A DNA stretch of 64,000 nucleotides from Oceanispirochaeta sp. (GTDB lineage: Bacteria > Spirochaetota > Spirochaetia > DSM-2461): assembly GCA_963663385.2 (NCBI GenBank), contig CAXXXD010000003.1:256001-320000 (forward strand). Reading direction: 5' to 3'. The position numbers and the translations under genes were made by a program. Below the pieces are notes generated by a model. The model was not told the DNA's origin and made no database searches. It worked only from the letters and a program-made list of their open reading frames with translations. Positions 38,286 through 49,027 of the stretch are shown piece after piece; position 1 is the first letter of the stretch; each line of letters opens with the position of its first letter.

Positions 38286-40175
38286 ATGAAGATCCGCTAT
38301 CAGCTTATAATTCTGATGTTCTTTTATATATTCGGTATTACCCTCCTGGCTACTATGTCCATTCAAAGCCGTCTGAAAGCTGAGGAAATACAGAACTCCA
38401 TCAATCTCGGCTCCGAACTGCAGCTCAAATCCCGGGAAGTTCAGAGTCATATGAAGGATATCGTCTTTAATCTTTTTGCGCCCAAAATGTACAACCAGCT
38501 CAGGTCTCTTACTTTTTCTCCCCGTTCCGCCGTTACAATCCGGCAGTGGCAGGAGGCTGTTCATGAATACAATAAGACATTTGATGAGTTTATGAAGCTG
38601 GATCATTTTTTCCGGGAAGACGAGGACCTTATCCGGGACCAGTATTTTACGGCCATAACCATGAATAACCGGGCCATGGAGATGCTCTCCAATATGGAAG
38701 AAACCCTGATTATCCTTAAAAGCCAGTATCGGACTGCGGACAACCTGTACAATGAGATGCAGAAGGAAGATTCCCTAATACCTTTCTTCAATGAATTTCA
38801 GGAGACATCCTACTATTTTAAAAACAGTTTTGAGAGTTTTATGAACTATTTTATAGAATCCATCCGGGAGGAGGGGGGACGGATCCAAAGGCGATTAAGC
38901 ATAGTGTTCGGTATTTCCTCCCTGTCCATTCTATTGATCTCCCTTTTTTTTACCCTGTTCCTTTCCCGCAGTCTGGTAAACAAACTGAAACTGGTGGAAA
39001 ATTCCTTCCGCATGGTTTCCAGGGGAAATTTCTCCACACACATGGATATTCATTCCAGGGATGAATTCGGCGCCTTTGCCAAAACATTCAACGAGCTTAT
39101 TTCCGATTTGAAGGAGAATGTGGAAAGCATCCTGAACCTGACCCGGGATGTGGGAGGGTTTATTTCCGATAAGTCTGATGTAAACTCCCTGTATGAACTG
39201 GTTGCCATGGCTGTGGTGCAGGATACCACCGCCGAAACAGCGGCTGTCTACCGTAATGACAAAGACGGATTTACCAGGGAAGCGGAAAAAGGAGAGCCCC
39301 TGAGCAGCGAGGAAGAACAGAAAATCATCGGCAGCATCAGCGCTCAGATTATGCACCATAACAAGCAGATTTCTATAAAGGACGCTTCAGTTCTCCTGGA
39401 TCTCCCGCGTATCAGCGCCGTTCTGGCGGTTCCTCTTGTGGTGGAGGGAAAATCATTCGGCTACCTGATCTCCATTCTCCGGAAAGAGGGGGAATCCTTC
39501 TCGGATCTGGGAATAACGAGACTGGCAACCTTTGCCGAGTACGCCTCTCTTACAATCGACAATTTCTTTAAGTACCAGGAGATTCTGGAGAGGCGGGATG
39601 CCCGGTATCAGGCCCTTCAGTCCCAGGTTCAGCCCCACTTCCTCTATAATATCCTGAGTGTTATTCTGGGACAGAACAGGGAGGGGGCATCCGAAAAAAT
39701 CAGCGCTACCGTAACAGCCCTGAAGGAGATGCTCCGGTATATTCAGTCCCAGAACAGCTGGACATCTTTGGAGGAGGAGTGTCAGTTTATTGAACAGTAC
39801 TGCCTTCTGCAGAAAACCCGGTTCGGCGAGAGGTTCAGTTATACTATTTCCGTGGATGATAAAGCCCGGCACTTTCAGATCCCCAGGCTCCTGTTTCAGC
39901 CCCTGGTGGAGAACTCGATTATCCATGGCATAGAGCCCCTTGAGGAAGGCGGTCTTCTGGAAATTACGGCCTCTTCCACCAGAATAAGGGGCGAAAAGGG
40001 GCTCAATCTGACCATCCGGGATAATGGAATCGGGTTTGATTCAGAGAATATGGACCGTAAAATGAATATCGGGCTCCTGAATGTTCAGCAGAGGCTGAAG
40101 ATCGCCTATCCCGAATCGATCTTTAATATTGCAAGCCGCCCCGGAGAGGGGACAGTGGTGAAAATAGAGATATGA
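38286..40175 (+). CDS. Sensor histidine kinase (YesM-like; HAMP, GAF-like, His_kinase)
   Basis: 2 TM segments, DEFG HAMP, ALQSQVQPHFLYNIL, QPLVENSIIHG, DNGIG, IGLLNV. Confidence 0.9.
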   Translation: MKIRYQLIILMFFYIFGITLLATMSIQSRLKAEEIQNSINLGSELQLKSREVQSHMKDIVFNLFAPKMYNQLRSLTFSPRSAVTIRQWQEAVHEYNKTFDEFMKLDHFFREDEDLIRDQYFTAITMNNRAMEMLSNMEETLIILKSQYRTADNLYNEMQKEDSLIPFFNEFQETSYYFKNSFESFMNYFIESIREEGGRIQRRLSIVFGISSLSILLISLFFTLFLSRSLVNKLKLVENSFRMVSRGNFSTHMDIHSRDEFGAFAKTFNELISDLKENVESILNLTRDVGGFISDKSDVNSLYELVAMAVVQDTTAETAAVYRNDKDGFTREAEKGEPLSSEEEQKIIGSISAQIMHHNKQISIKDASVLLDLPRISAVLAVPLVVEGKSFGYLISILRKEGESFSDLGITRLATFAEYASLTIDNFFKYQEILERRDARYQALQSQVQPHFLYNILSVILGQNREGASEKISATVTALKEMLRYIQSQNSWTSLEEECQFIEQYCLLQKTRFGERFSYTISVDDKARHFQIPRLLFQPLVENSIIHGIEPLEEGGLLEITASSTRIRGEKGLNLTIRDNGIGFDSENMDRKMNIGLLNVQQRLKIAYPESIFNIASRPGEGTVVKIEI

Positions 40176-40885
40176 ATATACTTATAGCGGATGACGAACA
40201 TTATGTACGCCTGGAGCTGCGGTCCCTCCTTGAAGAGCTGCTTCCCCAGGCTGAGATTGAGGAAGCGGAAAACGGGTCTCAGCTGAAGGAGAAACTTGAC
40301 AAGGGCTGTTTTCATATGGCCTTTGTGGATATCAGGATGCCCGGGCGTTCCGGCCTGGAAATCCTGAAAGAGTACGACCTGCCTAACCATGAAACCATAG
40401 TTATTATCCTATCGGGGTATTCCGAGTTCAGTTATGCCCGGCAGGCCATTACCCTGGGGGTTTCCGAATATATGCTGAAACCGGTAACCAGGGATGAACT
40501 GCTGGAGGTTATTAAAAAACTCCTGCCTTCTGTACCGCTTCGAACCAGTGAGAGTGAGAATGACAGCAATCTGGTACACGATGCGGAAAAAGTCATATAT
40601 AAACGGTATAAAGAGCAGATCGGGGTAGCCCAGATTGCGGAGGAGCTTAATGTGTCCCCCAACTATCTGAGTTCCCAGTTTAAAAAATACAGGAATCAGA
40701 CTCTCACGAGCTTTATTACAGACCTGCGTCTGAATACGGGAAAAGAGATGCTTCAGCTGCCCGGAGCCAATGTAAAGCATATTGCCGAAAGCCTGGGGTA
40801 TCAGAGCAGCCGGCATTTTGCCCGTCTCTTTCGGGAGAAATTCAACAAGTCTCCCTCGGAATACATTAAAGAGAGTAGAATTTGA
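40172..40885 (+). CDS. Response regulator with AraC output domain (YesN-like)
   Basis: ADDE, DIRMP, KP; SPNYLS..FKK, YQSSRHFARLF. Confidence 0.92.
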   Translation: MNILIADDEHYVRLELRSLLEELLPQAEIEEAENGSQLKEKLDKGCFHMAFVDIRMPGRSGLEILKEYDLPNHETIVIILSGYSEFSYARQAITLGVSEYMLKPVTRDELLEVIKKLLPSVPLRTSESENDSNLVHDAEKVIYKRYKEQIGVAQIAEELNVSPNYLSSQFKKYRNQTLTSFITDLRLNTGKEMLQLPGANVKHIAESLGYQSSRHFARLFREKFNKSPSEYIKESRI

Positions 40886-40969
40886 CCCCTTTCCATAGTT
40901 TCTCGTCCTAACACCATTTGAAAAAGGGCTGGTACCATAAATTTAACAATCAAACAAAGAGAGGAAAAA

Positions 40970-41980
40970 ATGAAAAAGCTACTAACAGTTTTATTGGTAC
41001 TTACTCTAGCTGCCGGTCTGTTTGCCGGTGGACAGCAGGAAGCAACAGGTGATCAGCCCCTGAAAATCGTACTGCTTGTAAAGAGTCTTGGAAACGGTTT
41101 TTTTGAAGCAGTGGCAGACGGTGGAGTAGAAGCAGCCGAAGAGCTCGGCAATGTGGAATCCATCTATATGGGTCCCAGTTCTTCAACTGCAGAAGGTCAG
41201 ATTGAAATAATCGAAACCCTGATTGCCCAGAGAGTCGATGGAATCGCCATCTCCGCCAATGACAGGGATGCTCTTATCCCCGTAACCAAAAAAGCCATGG
41301 CTGCCGGAATCAAGGTTATATCCTTTGACTCTGGTATCGCAAAGGGCGGCAGAATTGTAGATCTTATCCCTTCCGTTTCAGAACTGATCGGCAGACAGCA
41401 GGTTCAGCTTATTGCCGAACTGACTGACTATAAAGGTCAGATAGGTATCGTCTCCGCCACTTCCCAGGCAACCAATCAGAATGAGTGGATCGAATGGATG
41501 TATGAAGAAATCAAAGATCCCAAATATAAAGATATGGAACTTGTAGAAGTTGTATACGGTGATGATGCAGCGGATAAGAGCTACAGGGAAGCCGTAGGAC
41601 TTATGCAGAAATACCCTGAACTGACAGGAATTATCTCTCCCACAACCATCGGTGTCCTGGCTGCTTCAAAAGCTATCGAAGATGAAGGGATGAAAGGGAA
41701 AGTCCAGATCACCGGTCTCGGTCTGCCTTCCGAAATGCAGCATTATATTGAAAACGGTACCTGCGGTCAGATGGCTCTGTGGAATCCCGTTGATCTCGGT
41801 TATACCTCCACCATGATTCTTGAAGCCCTGATTACAGAAAAAGTACAGGGTAACGAAGGCGAAGCTATCAAGGTCGGCAGAATGGGTGAAGTTACTATCG
41901 GTAAAGACGGCGTATCAGTCATGAGCACTCCCTTTGTATTCAACAAAGACAACATCGCCAAATACGCAGCCATGTTCTAA
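40970..41980 (+). CDS. L-rhamnose ABC transporter substrate-binding protein
   Basis: KSLGNGFF, SATSQATNQN.W, YGDD, TGLGLPSEM, LWNP.DLGY; context of rhaM/rhaA. Confidence 0.85.
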   Translation: MKKLLTVLLVLTLAAGLFAGGQQEATGDQPLKIVLLVKSLGNGFFEAVADGGVEAAEELGNVESIYMGPSSSTAEGQIEIIETLIAQRVDGIAISANDRDALIPVTKKAMAAGIKVISFDSGIAKGGRIVDLIPSVSELIGRQQVQLIAELTDYKGQIGIVSATSQATNQNEWIEWMYEEIKDPKYKDMELVEVVYGDDAADKSYREAVGLMQKYPELTGIISPTTIGVLAASKAIEDEGMKGKVQITGLGLPSEMQHYIENGTCGQMALWNPVDLGYTSTMILEALITEKVQGNEGEAIKVGRMGEVTIGKDGVSVMSTPFVFNKDNIAKYAAMF

Positions 41981-42143
41981 CCCCTCTCTGATCTCCCCTC
42001 AGGGGAGAAGTAATAAAAAACTTATTCCCCTCCTAAGGAGGGGGCAGGATGAGGCCTGTTTCCGGACCCCTTTCGATTTCCCCTCATGGGAGAAGTCATA
42101 CGAAACTTATTCCCCTCCTGAGGAGGGGGCAGGGGAGGTCCGG
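41981..42143. repeat. Tandem pair of BoxC/REP-like palindromic elements
   Basis: Units 41981-42054 and 42067-42138 share TCCCCTCA.GGGAGAAGT.ATA..AAACTTATTCCCCTCCT.AGGAGGGGGCAGG. Confidence 0.8.
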
Positions 42144-42223
42144 GGCTTCTTATTTCTAACAATTAAACAAAATATGTCACATCACACATACAGTAGAGAT
42201 CTGTCCTGAGAGGAGTCTTCATT

Positions 42224-43726
42224 TTGTCAGATAAAATATTGGAATTACAGAACATAACCAAATACTTCCCCGGTATTAGAGCTCTCGATGGGATAAATCT
42301 GAATATCAGGGAGGGTGAAGTCCATGCCCTGATCGGAGAAAACGGAGCGGGGAAATCCACCCTGGTTAAAATCCTGACCGGAGTTTATATTCCGACTTCA
42401 GGAAAGATCCTGTACCGGGGTGAAGAACTGAAATTCAAGAATGCGATTGAGGCCCAGGAAGCCGGGATTACGGCAATCCATCAGGAGGCTTCCATGTTTC
42501 CCGAATTATCGGTGGTGGAAAATATATTTATGGGGCACCACCTGAAAAAAAACGGGGTCCTGGACTGGAAGGGAATGAGAGCCCGGACCAGGGAACTCCT
42601 TCATAAAATGGAAATTGATATCAACCCGGATACGCCGGTTAAAAATCTGGGAGTTGCCCAGAGGCATATGGTGGAGATTGCCAAAGCCCTCTCCATTGAT
42701 GCCAAGGTCGTTATCATGGACGAACCGACTTCCGCCCTTACCCTGCGGGAGGTTGAAGAGCTGTATAAAATAGTCCGGCAGCTGAAAAAGGAGAATAAAG
42801 CCATAATCTTTATCTCTCATAAATTTGAAGAGATTCAGGAAATCTGTGACTGTTTCACAGTTCTCCGGGATGGACAATATATCGGAGAAGGCCGTGTCGC
42901 CGAGACAGGAATCGATCAGATCGTCAATATGATGGTCGGCCGAAGCCTTGATAAGATGTTTCCCAAAGCAGAAGTGAATATCGGCGAAACCGTTCTTGAG
43001 GTAAAAGGACTCTCCAAAGCCGGTTCCTTCAGGGATATTTCCTTTGAACTGAAGAAGGGTGAGATTTTAGGTTTCTTCGGTCTGGTGGGAGCCGGACGGA
43101 GTGAGGTGATGCGGGCCATTTTCGGAATCGACAGCCTTGATGAAGGGACCATCCGGCTTAAGGGTAAGGATGTATCGATTAAGAGCGCCAAAGAGGCGAT
43201 GGCCAGAGGACTGGCCTATGTTCCCGAAGACAGACAGACCCAGGGGGTCATTCTTGAACAGAGTCTGACCAGCAATATCACTCTGCCCATCATTGATAAG
43301 ATCAGCCGTTTCGGGAAAGTCAGTACAAGAGAGGAAAAAGAAAGAACGGCCCGATTCGGCAGAATGATGGAAATCAAAGCCGCCGGCTGGCATGTCAATG
43401 CGGAAACACTCTCCGGAGGAAATCAGCAGAAGGTTGTACTGGCCAAATGGCTGGCAACGGAGCCGGAAATTCTTATTCTGGATGAACCCACCAAGGGTAT
43501 TGATGTGGGAACCAAGGCCGCTGTTCATGAGTTCATTTCTGAAATGGCTTCCAGGGGGCTTGCTGTTATTATGGTTTCATCGGAACTGCCTGAGATCCTG
43601 GGCATGAGCGACCGGGTGGTTGTCATGCATGAAGGAAGAAAAACCAGAGAGTTCAGCAGGGAGGAAGCAGATTCCGACAGGATTATCAGGGCTGCAACCG
43701 GACATATCGTGGAGGCAAATAAATAA
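42224..43726 (+). CDS. Sugar (rhamnose) ABC transporter ATP-binding protein
   Basis: GENGAGKST, DEPT, LSGGNQQK; fused double ABC domain. Confidence 0.95.
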   Translation: MSDKILELQNITKYFPGIRALDGINLNIREGEVHALIGENGAGKSTLVKILTGVYIPTSGKILYRGEELKFKNAIEAQEAGITAIHQEASMFPELSVVENIFMGHHLKKNGVLDWKGMRARTRELLHKMEIDINPDTPVKNLGVAQRHMVEIAKALSIDAKVVIMDEPTSALTLREVEELYKIVRQLKKENKAIIFISHKFEEIQEICDCFTVLRDGQYIGEGRVAETGIDQIVNMMVGRSLDKMFPKAEVNIGETVLEVKGLSKAGSFRDISFELKKGEILGFFGLVGAGRSEVMRAIFGIDSLDEGTIRLKGKDVSIKSAKEAMARGLAYVPEDRQTQGVILEQSLTSNITLPIIDKISRFGKVSTREEKERTARFGRMMEIKAAGWHVNAETLSGGNQQKVVLAKWLATEPEILILDEPTKGIDVGTKAAVHEFISEMASRGLAVIMVSSELPEILGMSDRVVVMHEGRKTREFSREEADSDRIIRAATGHIVEANK

Positions 43727-44710
43727 ATGAATACTCTAAAAGAAATTCTGAAAAGAAGAGAGATAACCCTCGTATTGCTGGTACTCATTCTGACTCTTGC
43801 CGTCAATATGAGAGCCCCGGGGTTTGTATCAGGAGAGAATATCGGACGGATTATCAACGATTCATCCATATTGATCATGGTAGCCATAGGTCAGTTTTTT
43901 GTTATTCTTACAGGAGGGATAGATCTTTCTGTGGGATCCATTATTGCTTTTTCCGGAATGGCGGCTTCCATGCTCAATCAGTATCATCCGGCAATCCCGG
44001 TTTTATATGTACTATTAATAGGTATTGCTATCGGGCTGGTTCTGGGAGCGATTAACGGTCTCCTTGTCGCTCTCGGAAAGGTTCCTCCCATTATTGCCAC
44101 ACTTGGTAACATGAGTATCTACAGAGGGTTTACCTTCGTTCTCAGCAAGGGGCAATGGGTAACGGCCCATGAAATGACAGAGCACTATATGAACCTTCCC
44201 AAAGGAACATTCCTGGGCATAACCAACCTGATCTGGATGGCGGTTCTGGTTTCTGCTGTAATGATCTATTTCAGCCGGTATACCAGAAGCGGACGTGAAG
44301 TGTACGCCATCGGAGGAAATAAAACGGCTGCCCACTTTGTGGGGGTCAGCGAAACCAAGGTCAATCTGATGATTTTTACCATCAGCGGCGCCCTCTGCGG
44401 AATTGCCGGCGTTATGTGGACCGCCCGTTATGCCGCCGCAGTGAATGAAACGGCCATAGGATTTGAACTGATGACTGTAGCCGCCTGTGTTCTGGGGGGA
44501 GTCAATATTGCCGGCGGTTCCGGTGCAATCCCCGGGGTTATTATAGGCGCCCTCTTTCTGGGAATCATTAATAACGCCCTTCCGGTTGTAAACTTCTCGC
44601 CCTTTCTTCAGATGTTTATACAGGGACTGATTGTTCTGGGAGCCATGTTTATCAATACCATGATGGACAATCGCAAAGAGAAGCAGTTGCTGAAGGGGAG
44701 ATCACAATGA
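43727..44710 (+). CDS. Sugar (rhamnose) ABC permease
   Basis: GGIDLSVG, YAIGGN, ACVLGGV. Confidence 0.93.
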   Translation: MNTLKEILKRREITLVLLVLILTLAVNMRAPGFVSGENIGRIINDSSILIMVAIGQFFVILTGGIDLSVGSIIAFSGMAASMLNQYHPAIPVLYVLLIGIAIGLVLGAINGLLVALGKVPPIIATLGNMSIYRGFTFVLSKGQWVTAHEMTEHYMNLPKGTFLGITNLIWMAVLVSAVMIYFSRYTRSGREVYAIGGNKTAAHFVGVSETKVNLMIFTISGALCGIAGVMWTARYAAAVNETAIGFELMTVAACVLGGVNIAGGSGAIPGVIIGALFLGIINNALPVVNFSPFLQMFIQGLIVLGAMFINTMMDNRKEKQLLKGRSQ

Positions 44711-45750
44711 CAGAAACAAGTAAAACCCTGGCGAACGAGTCCAGGCTCATAGACGAAAATAAAGGGTTCAGGGATAAAATAATTACCCTTGTCACAAGAT
44801 GGGAGGGGATGCTGGCACTGATTTTTATCGGAATGGTTCTTATCTTCTCCAATGTTTCTCCCTATTTCCTGGATTATTTTAATCTGATGAACGCTACCTT
44901 TACGTTTATGGAGAAAGCTGTACTGGCTCTGCCTATGATCTTTATCATTCTCTGCGGCGATATTGATATTTCCGTTGCAGCCATTATTGCGTTATCTTCT
45001 TTTGCCATGGGCTTTGCGTCATCCCTGGGAATGGGAACTACCGAGATAATTATGATCGGTGTGCTTGTAGGAGCTCTGGCTGGGGCTTTTAACGCTTTGT
45101 TTATTATCCGATTCAGGATTCCCGCCATTGCGGTTACACTGGCATCCCTGTCCCTTTTCAGGGGGATTTCCCAGGCCGTACTGGAAGATCAGGCTTACAC
45201 GGAATACCCCGAAGGACTGAGTTATTTTGGCCAGGGATATATCAAAGGGACAATTATTCCCTTTGAACTTATCTTCTTTCTGGTTCTTGCCATGGGATTT
45301 GCCTATGTACTCCATTTTACAACATACGGCAGAAAGCTGTATGCCATAGGGAACAGCTCGACTGCCGCCAGATTCTCAGGTGTCGAAGTTGACCGGATCC
45401 GTTTTACCAATTTTGTTCTGAATGGAATCTTTGCGGGTGTGGTGGCGGTCCTTCTCACATCCCGGATCGGGAGTACCAGGCCGAATATCGCAACAGGCTG
45501 GGAACTGGAAGCGATAACCCTGGTTGTTCTGGGGGGAGTGTCCATTACCGGCGGAAAGGGGAATATTGTGGGTGTTCTGCTGTCGGTTTTTCTTATCGGA
45601 TACCTCAAATTCGGTATGGGGCTGATTAATATGTCTGCCAAAGTCATGGTTATTACAACCGGATTTCTGCTTATTCTGGCCGTACTTCTTCCTGTGATCG
45701 TGGATAATGTGAAAAAGTATTATAAACTCAGGGTACAGAAGAGGGGATGA
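44707..45750 (+). CDS. Sugar (rhamnose) ABC permease
   Basis: DIDISV, YAIGNS..AARFSG, VVLGGVSITGG. Confidence 0.93.
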   Translation: MTETSKTLANESRLIDENKGFRDKIITLVTRWEGMLALIFIGMVLIFSNVSPYFLDYFNLMNATFTFMEKAVLALPMIFIILCGDIDISVAAIIALSSFAMGFASSLGMGTTEIIMIGVLVGALAGAFNALFIIRFRIPAIAVTLASLSLFRGISQAVLEDQAYTEYPEGLSYFGQGYIKGTIIPFELIFFLVLAMGFAYVLHFTTYGRKLYAIGNSSTAARFSGVEVDRIRFTNFVLNGIFAGVVAVLLTSRIGSTRPNIATGWELEAITLVVLGGVSITGGKGNIVGVLLSVFLIGYLKFGMGLINMSAKVMVITTGFLLILAVLLPVIVDNVKKYYKLRVQKRG

Positions 45751-45751
45751 C

Positions 45752-46066
45752 ATGGATAAAGTAGCCTTCAGGATGCAGCTGAAAAAAGGATTTGAAGAGG
45801 AATACAGAAAAAGGCATGATGAGATCTGGCCGGAGCTCGTGGTCCTGTTGAAGGGGCAGGGGATTTCCGACTATTCCATATTCCTGGATGAGGAGACCGG
45901 AGTCCTTTTCGGAGTACAGACGGTCAGGGGGGATTCCGGATCTCAGGATATGGGGCAGAACCCTGTGGTTCAGAAGTGGTGGGAGTATATGGCGGATATC
46001 ATGGAAGTGAATGAGGATAACTCGCCTGTGACCATCCCCCTCAGGGAAGTGTTCTTCCTGAAATAA
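45752..46066 (+). CDS. rhaM: L-rhamnose mutarotase
   Basis: EY..RHDEIWPEL, DYSIFLD, KWW.YMADIM. Confidence 0.93.
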   Translation: MDKVAFRMQLKKGFEEEYRKRHDEIWPELVVLLKGQGISDYSIFLDEETGVLFGVQTVRGDSGSQDMGQNPVVQKWWEYMADIMEVNEDNSPVTIPLREVFFLK

Positions 46067-46096
46067 ATCCCTTTTTTTTAAAATTGTGTAATACCC

Positions 46097-46125
46097 GGCC
46101 GGATTTGCGGAATCCGGCCTTTTTT
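46097..46125. terminator. Rho-independent terminator
   Basis: GGCCGGATT-TGCGG-AATCCGGCC followed by TTTTTT. Confidence 0.75.
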
Positions 46126-47041
46126 AAATTTCACTTTCCCCCGTTCGGTCTTTGAATCTGTTTCTGTAGGCTGAAGGGGTGCAGCCGAACGCTTCCCGGA
46201 AAAAGCGGTTGAAACGGGATATGTCGGAGAAACCGCATTCATGGCTGATGGTGAGAATCTTGTCGTTTCCGGATCTCAGTTTCTGAACAGCCGCTGCCAG
46301 GCGCTTCTGTTTCAGATAATTTCCGGTACTCATTCCGGTGTGTTCTTTAAATCTTCGGCAGAGATTGGCGGAATTCAGACCGCTGATACGGCATAATTCC
46401 TCCAGGCGGACAGTTCCGGCATAGTTTTTTTCCAGGAAAGTACAGACTTTTTCGATTCTTGAGCTGTAGACTGAGGAGAACAGGTCTTTCCTGGCCGGAG
46501 CCGCCCGGCACAGCTCAATAAGAAGAAGCTGCAGCAGGGACTGTATGGCTGCTTCCTGACCGGGTTCTCTTTTATTCTGTTCTTCAAAAAGCATCAATAA
46601 CAGGTTCTCCATCTTTTTTCTGTCCGGCACAGTCAGGTGTCTGATACTGTTGAGCCGGTTTCCCAGCTGCGGGTGGAGAGGAATCAGGTCGTACAGACGC
46701 CCGGCAAGGGGTTCCGGAAGCCCGGGGAGGGGATAGAGCGCCGGTTTCAGATAGATATTCATAAGTTCAACCGGACCATCAGGTGTCCTGAGAGAGTGGT
46801 ATTGCCTATCGTTGATGATTGTCAGACTCCCCGCGGTTTCATCATAACTGTTGTCTGCCGTAACATGCCTGAAGCTTCCCCGGAATACAAAGAGTATCTC
46901 TATAAAGTCATGGCCGTGAAAGTCATGTTTTTCCTGTTCAAAGGCTGGGAAGTACTCCAGGGCCAGACCTGTTTTTTCCAGACGGTCTTCAATCGCTCTT
47001 ATATTGGGTTTCTTTATTCCCTGTAAAGATCTGCCAGACAT
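46124..47041 (-). CDS. AraC family regulator (RhaS/RhaR-like)
   Basis: Cupin HGHDFIE; C-terminal double HTH CGFSDISRFNRFF. Confidence 0.88.
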   Translation of the reverse strand: MSGRSLQGIKKPNIRAIEDRLEKTGLALEYFPAFEQEKHDFHGHDFIEILFVFRGSFRHVTADNSYDETAGSLTIINDRQYHSLRTPDGPVELMNIYLKPALYPLPGLPEPLAGRLYDLIPLHPQLGNRLNSIRHLTVPDRKKMENLLLMLFEEQNKREPGQEAAIQSLLQLLLIELCRAAPARKDLFSSVYSSRIEKVCTFLEKNYAGTVRLEELCRISGLNSANLCRRFKEHTGMSTGNYLKQKRLAAAVQKLRSGNDKILTISHECGFSDISRFNRFFREAFGCTPSAYRNRFKDRTGESEI

Positions 47042-47108
47042 AATGTAAATATAGACCAAGATTTGAGAGAAATAAAGGTTTATCTTATACAAATCAAGGA
47101 GGCATTGC

Positions 47109-48164
47109 ATGAATGCAAGGGAAAGAGTCTTAGCTGTTTTAAACAGGGAAACACCGGATCGAACTCCTGTAGATATATGGCTGGTTCCCGAACTGGTTGA
47201 ACAGTTAAAAAAAGAACTGAATGTGGAAGATGAACTGGATATCTACCGTAAACTGGATGTGGATAAGATCGTCTGGCTCGGAATACCCTATAAAGGGGTT
47301 ATTCTTAAGGATCCCAATGAGCATCAGGAGACCAACCACTGGGGTGTCAAGTTTGAAGCGGTTCAGGCCAATCAGGGAGTGGAATACGGTGAGGTCTGCT
47401 TCAATCCTCTCAAGGAGATGAATGCGCCGGAAGAGCTGGATGCCTATCCCTGGCCCGATCCCGACGATTTTGATTATGTTACTGCTGCGGCGGAGGCAAA
47501 AGTTCTGGCGAAGGAGTTTGTTACTCTGGGACCCTGGGTCTCCCTCTTTGAGGTTTACTGCCAGATGCGCAGCCTGGAAGAAGCTCTGATGGATACGGTG
47601 ATGAATCCGGAATTCCTCCACAGGGCGCTGGATTATATTGCGGAATCCCAGGGGGAGATGGTGCGCCGCTTTCTGGAAGCTGCCGACGGGGCCATAGACC
47701 TGGTTTTTCTCAGCGATGATATGGGTTCTCAGAACAGCCTTCTGATGTCGCCTGATTCTTTTGATGAATTCCTCTTTCCCCGGATAAAAAAGTGGTGCGA
47801 TATGATTCACTCCTACGGAGCGAAAGTCCTGTTCCATACGGACGGAGCCTGCGAACCTGTTATTCCCCGTCTGATCGAAGCGGGTGTGGATGTGTTGAAT
47901 CCGATTCAGCATGTCTGTGACGGGATGGATTGTCAGTCGATCAAGGCGAAATATGGAGACCAGCTGATTTTTCACGGGGGAGTGGAGAACCAGAAGGTCC
48001 TGCCCTTTGGAACAGCTGCCGATGTGGCTGCCGAAACAAAAATGTGTCTGGATGAACTGGGGCCTGCGGGATATCTGCCCTGTTCCTGCCATTTCGCTCA
48101 GGCGGGAACTCCTGTTGAGAATATTATGGCTTTGATTGAGACGGTTCAGAATTACAGAGTGTAA
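47109..48164 (+). CDS. Uroporphyrinogen decarboxylase (URO-D/MtaA-CmuA) family protein of unknown function
   Basis: MNARERV...PDRTP, WPDP, SDDMGSQ, FHTDG, LNPIQ, FHGGV, TPVENI. Confidence 0.85.
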   Translation: MNARERVLAVLNRETPDRTPVDIWLVPELVEQLKKELNVEDELDIYRKLDVDKIVWLGIPYKGVILKDPNEHQETNHWGVKFEAVQANQGVEYGEVCFNPLKEMNAPEELDAYPWPDPDDFDYVTAAAEAKVLAKEFVTLGPWVSLFEVYCQMRSLEEALMDTVMNPEFLHRALDYIAESQGEMVRRFLEAADGAIDLVFLSDDMGSQNSLLMSPDSFDEFLFPRIKKWCDMIHSYGAKVLFHTDGACEPVIPRLIEAGVDVLNPIQHVCDGMDCQSIKAKYGDQLIFHGGVENQKVLPFGTAADVAAETKMCLDELGPAGYLPCSCHFAQAGTPVENIMALIETVQNYRV

Positions 48165-49027
48165 TTTCTCCTTCTGTACTCCCGGGGAGTCTCCCCCATA
48201 ACCCGTTTAAACTGCCGGGAAAAGTAGTTGCTGTCTGTAAATCCCAGATCGTAGGCAATGGTTGTGATGGGGGCCTCAGAAACTTCCAGCCGGGAGCAGG
48301 CCCTGTCTATCCGCTTCCTCAGGTGGTAATCCAGAGGGGATGTGCCTGTTATCTTCTTGAAGGCCCGGAGCAGGCTGCTTTCGGACATAGGGGCAATTTC
48401 CAGCAGTTCGGCGATGCTGATACTTCTGTCCAGGTTATTTTCCATAAAACTGATGGCTTCTCCCAGGTTGTAGAGATTGGATTTTCCGGACCTGGAATTC
48501 TCGGAACATACCCGGGACAGATAGGTAATCATCTGCATAAAGTAGGCGGCTGTCTGGTAACTGTAACCCTCTTTCTGCAGGGACTGTTCCCTCTCCATCT
48601 TCAGTATAATCTGCTTGATCTCTTCTATCTGTCTTTCATTAAGCTTCAGACGGCTGGAGAATCTGGCATCCTCCCGCATAAGGGGTTCAATGGTAAAAAG
48701 AGTATGAAACCCCGGTGACTGATGAATATCGTAATCGGGGAGATGGAGTTTTTTCAGATCGAAGAGAATATTGATCAGTACAAGATTGTCCAGGTCCTGA
48801 TACCCGTGGGCCCTGTCTCCGTTAATGACGAAAAGGTCTCCCCGTCCCACCTGAAACGTATGCTTTCTTGTAAAGTGTGTTCCATGACCATTTAATACTA
48901 AAACAAGCTCGGAGAAATCATGGGTATGGATAGGATAGGGGGGCTGCGGATTTCTGTGGAGGATCTTTATCCTGATTTCATTGGGTTTAAAGAAGTCTTT
49001 TCCCATTAAATGATGTTTTTCATACAT
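48152..49027 (-). CDS. AraC family regulator (RhaR-like)
   Basis: HTHDFSELVLV..G.GTH; GFTDSNYFSRQF. Confidence 0.9.
   Translation of the reverse strand: MYEKHHLMGKDFFKPNEIRIKILHRNPQPPYPIHTHDFSELVLVLNGHGTHFTRKHTFQVGRGDLFVINGDRAHGYQDLDNLVLINILFDLKKLHLPDYDIHQSPGFHTLFTIEPLMREDARFSSRLKLNERQIEEIKQIILKMEREQSLQKEGYSYQTAAYFMQMITYLSRVCSENSRSGKSNLYNLGEAISFMENNLDRSISIAELLEIAPMSESSLLRAFKKITGTSPLDYHLRKRIDRACSRLEVSEAPITTIAYDLGFTDSNYFSRQFKRVMGETPREYRRRNYTL

Noticed and set aside
41981..42143. CRISPR array
   Set aside because: Only two long palindromic units without unique spacers and no cas genes; it is REP-like.
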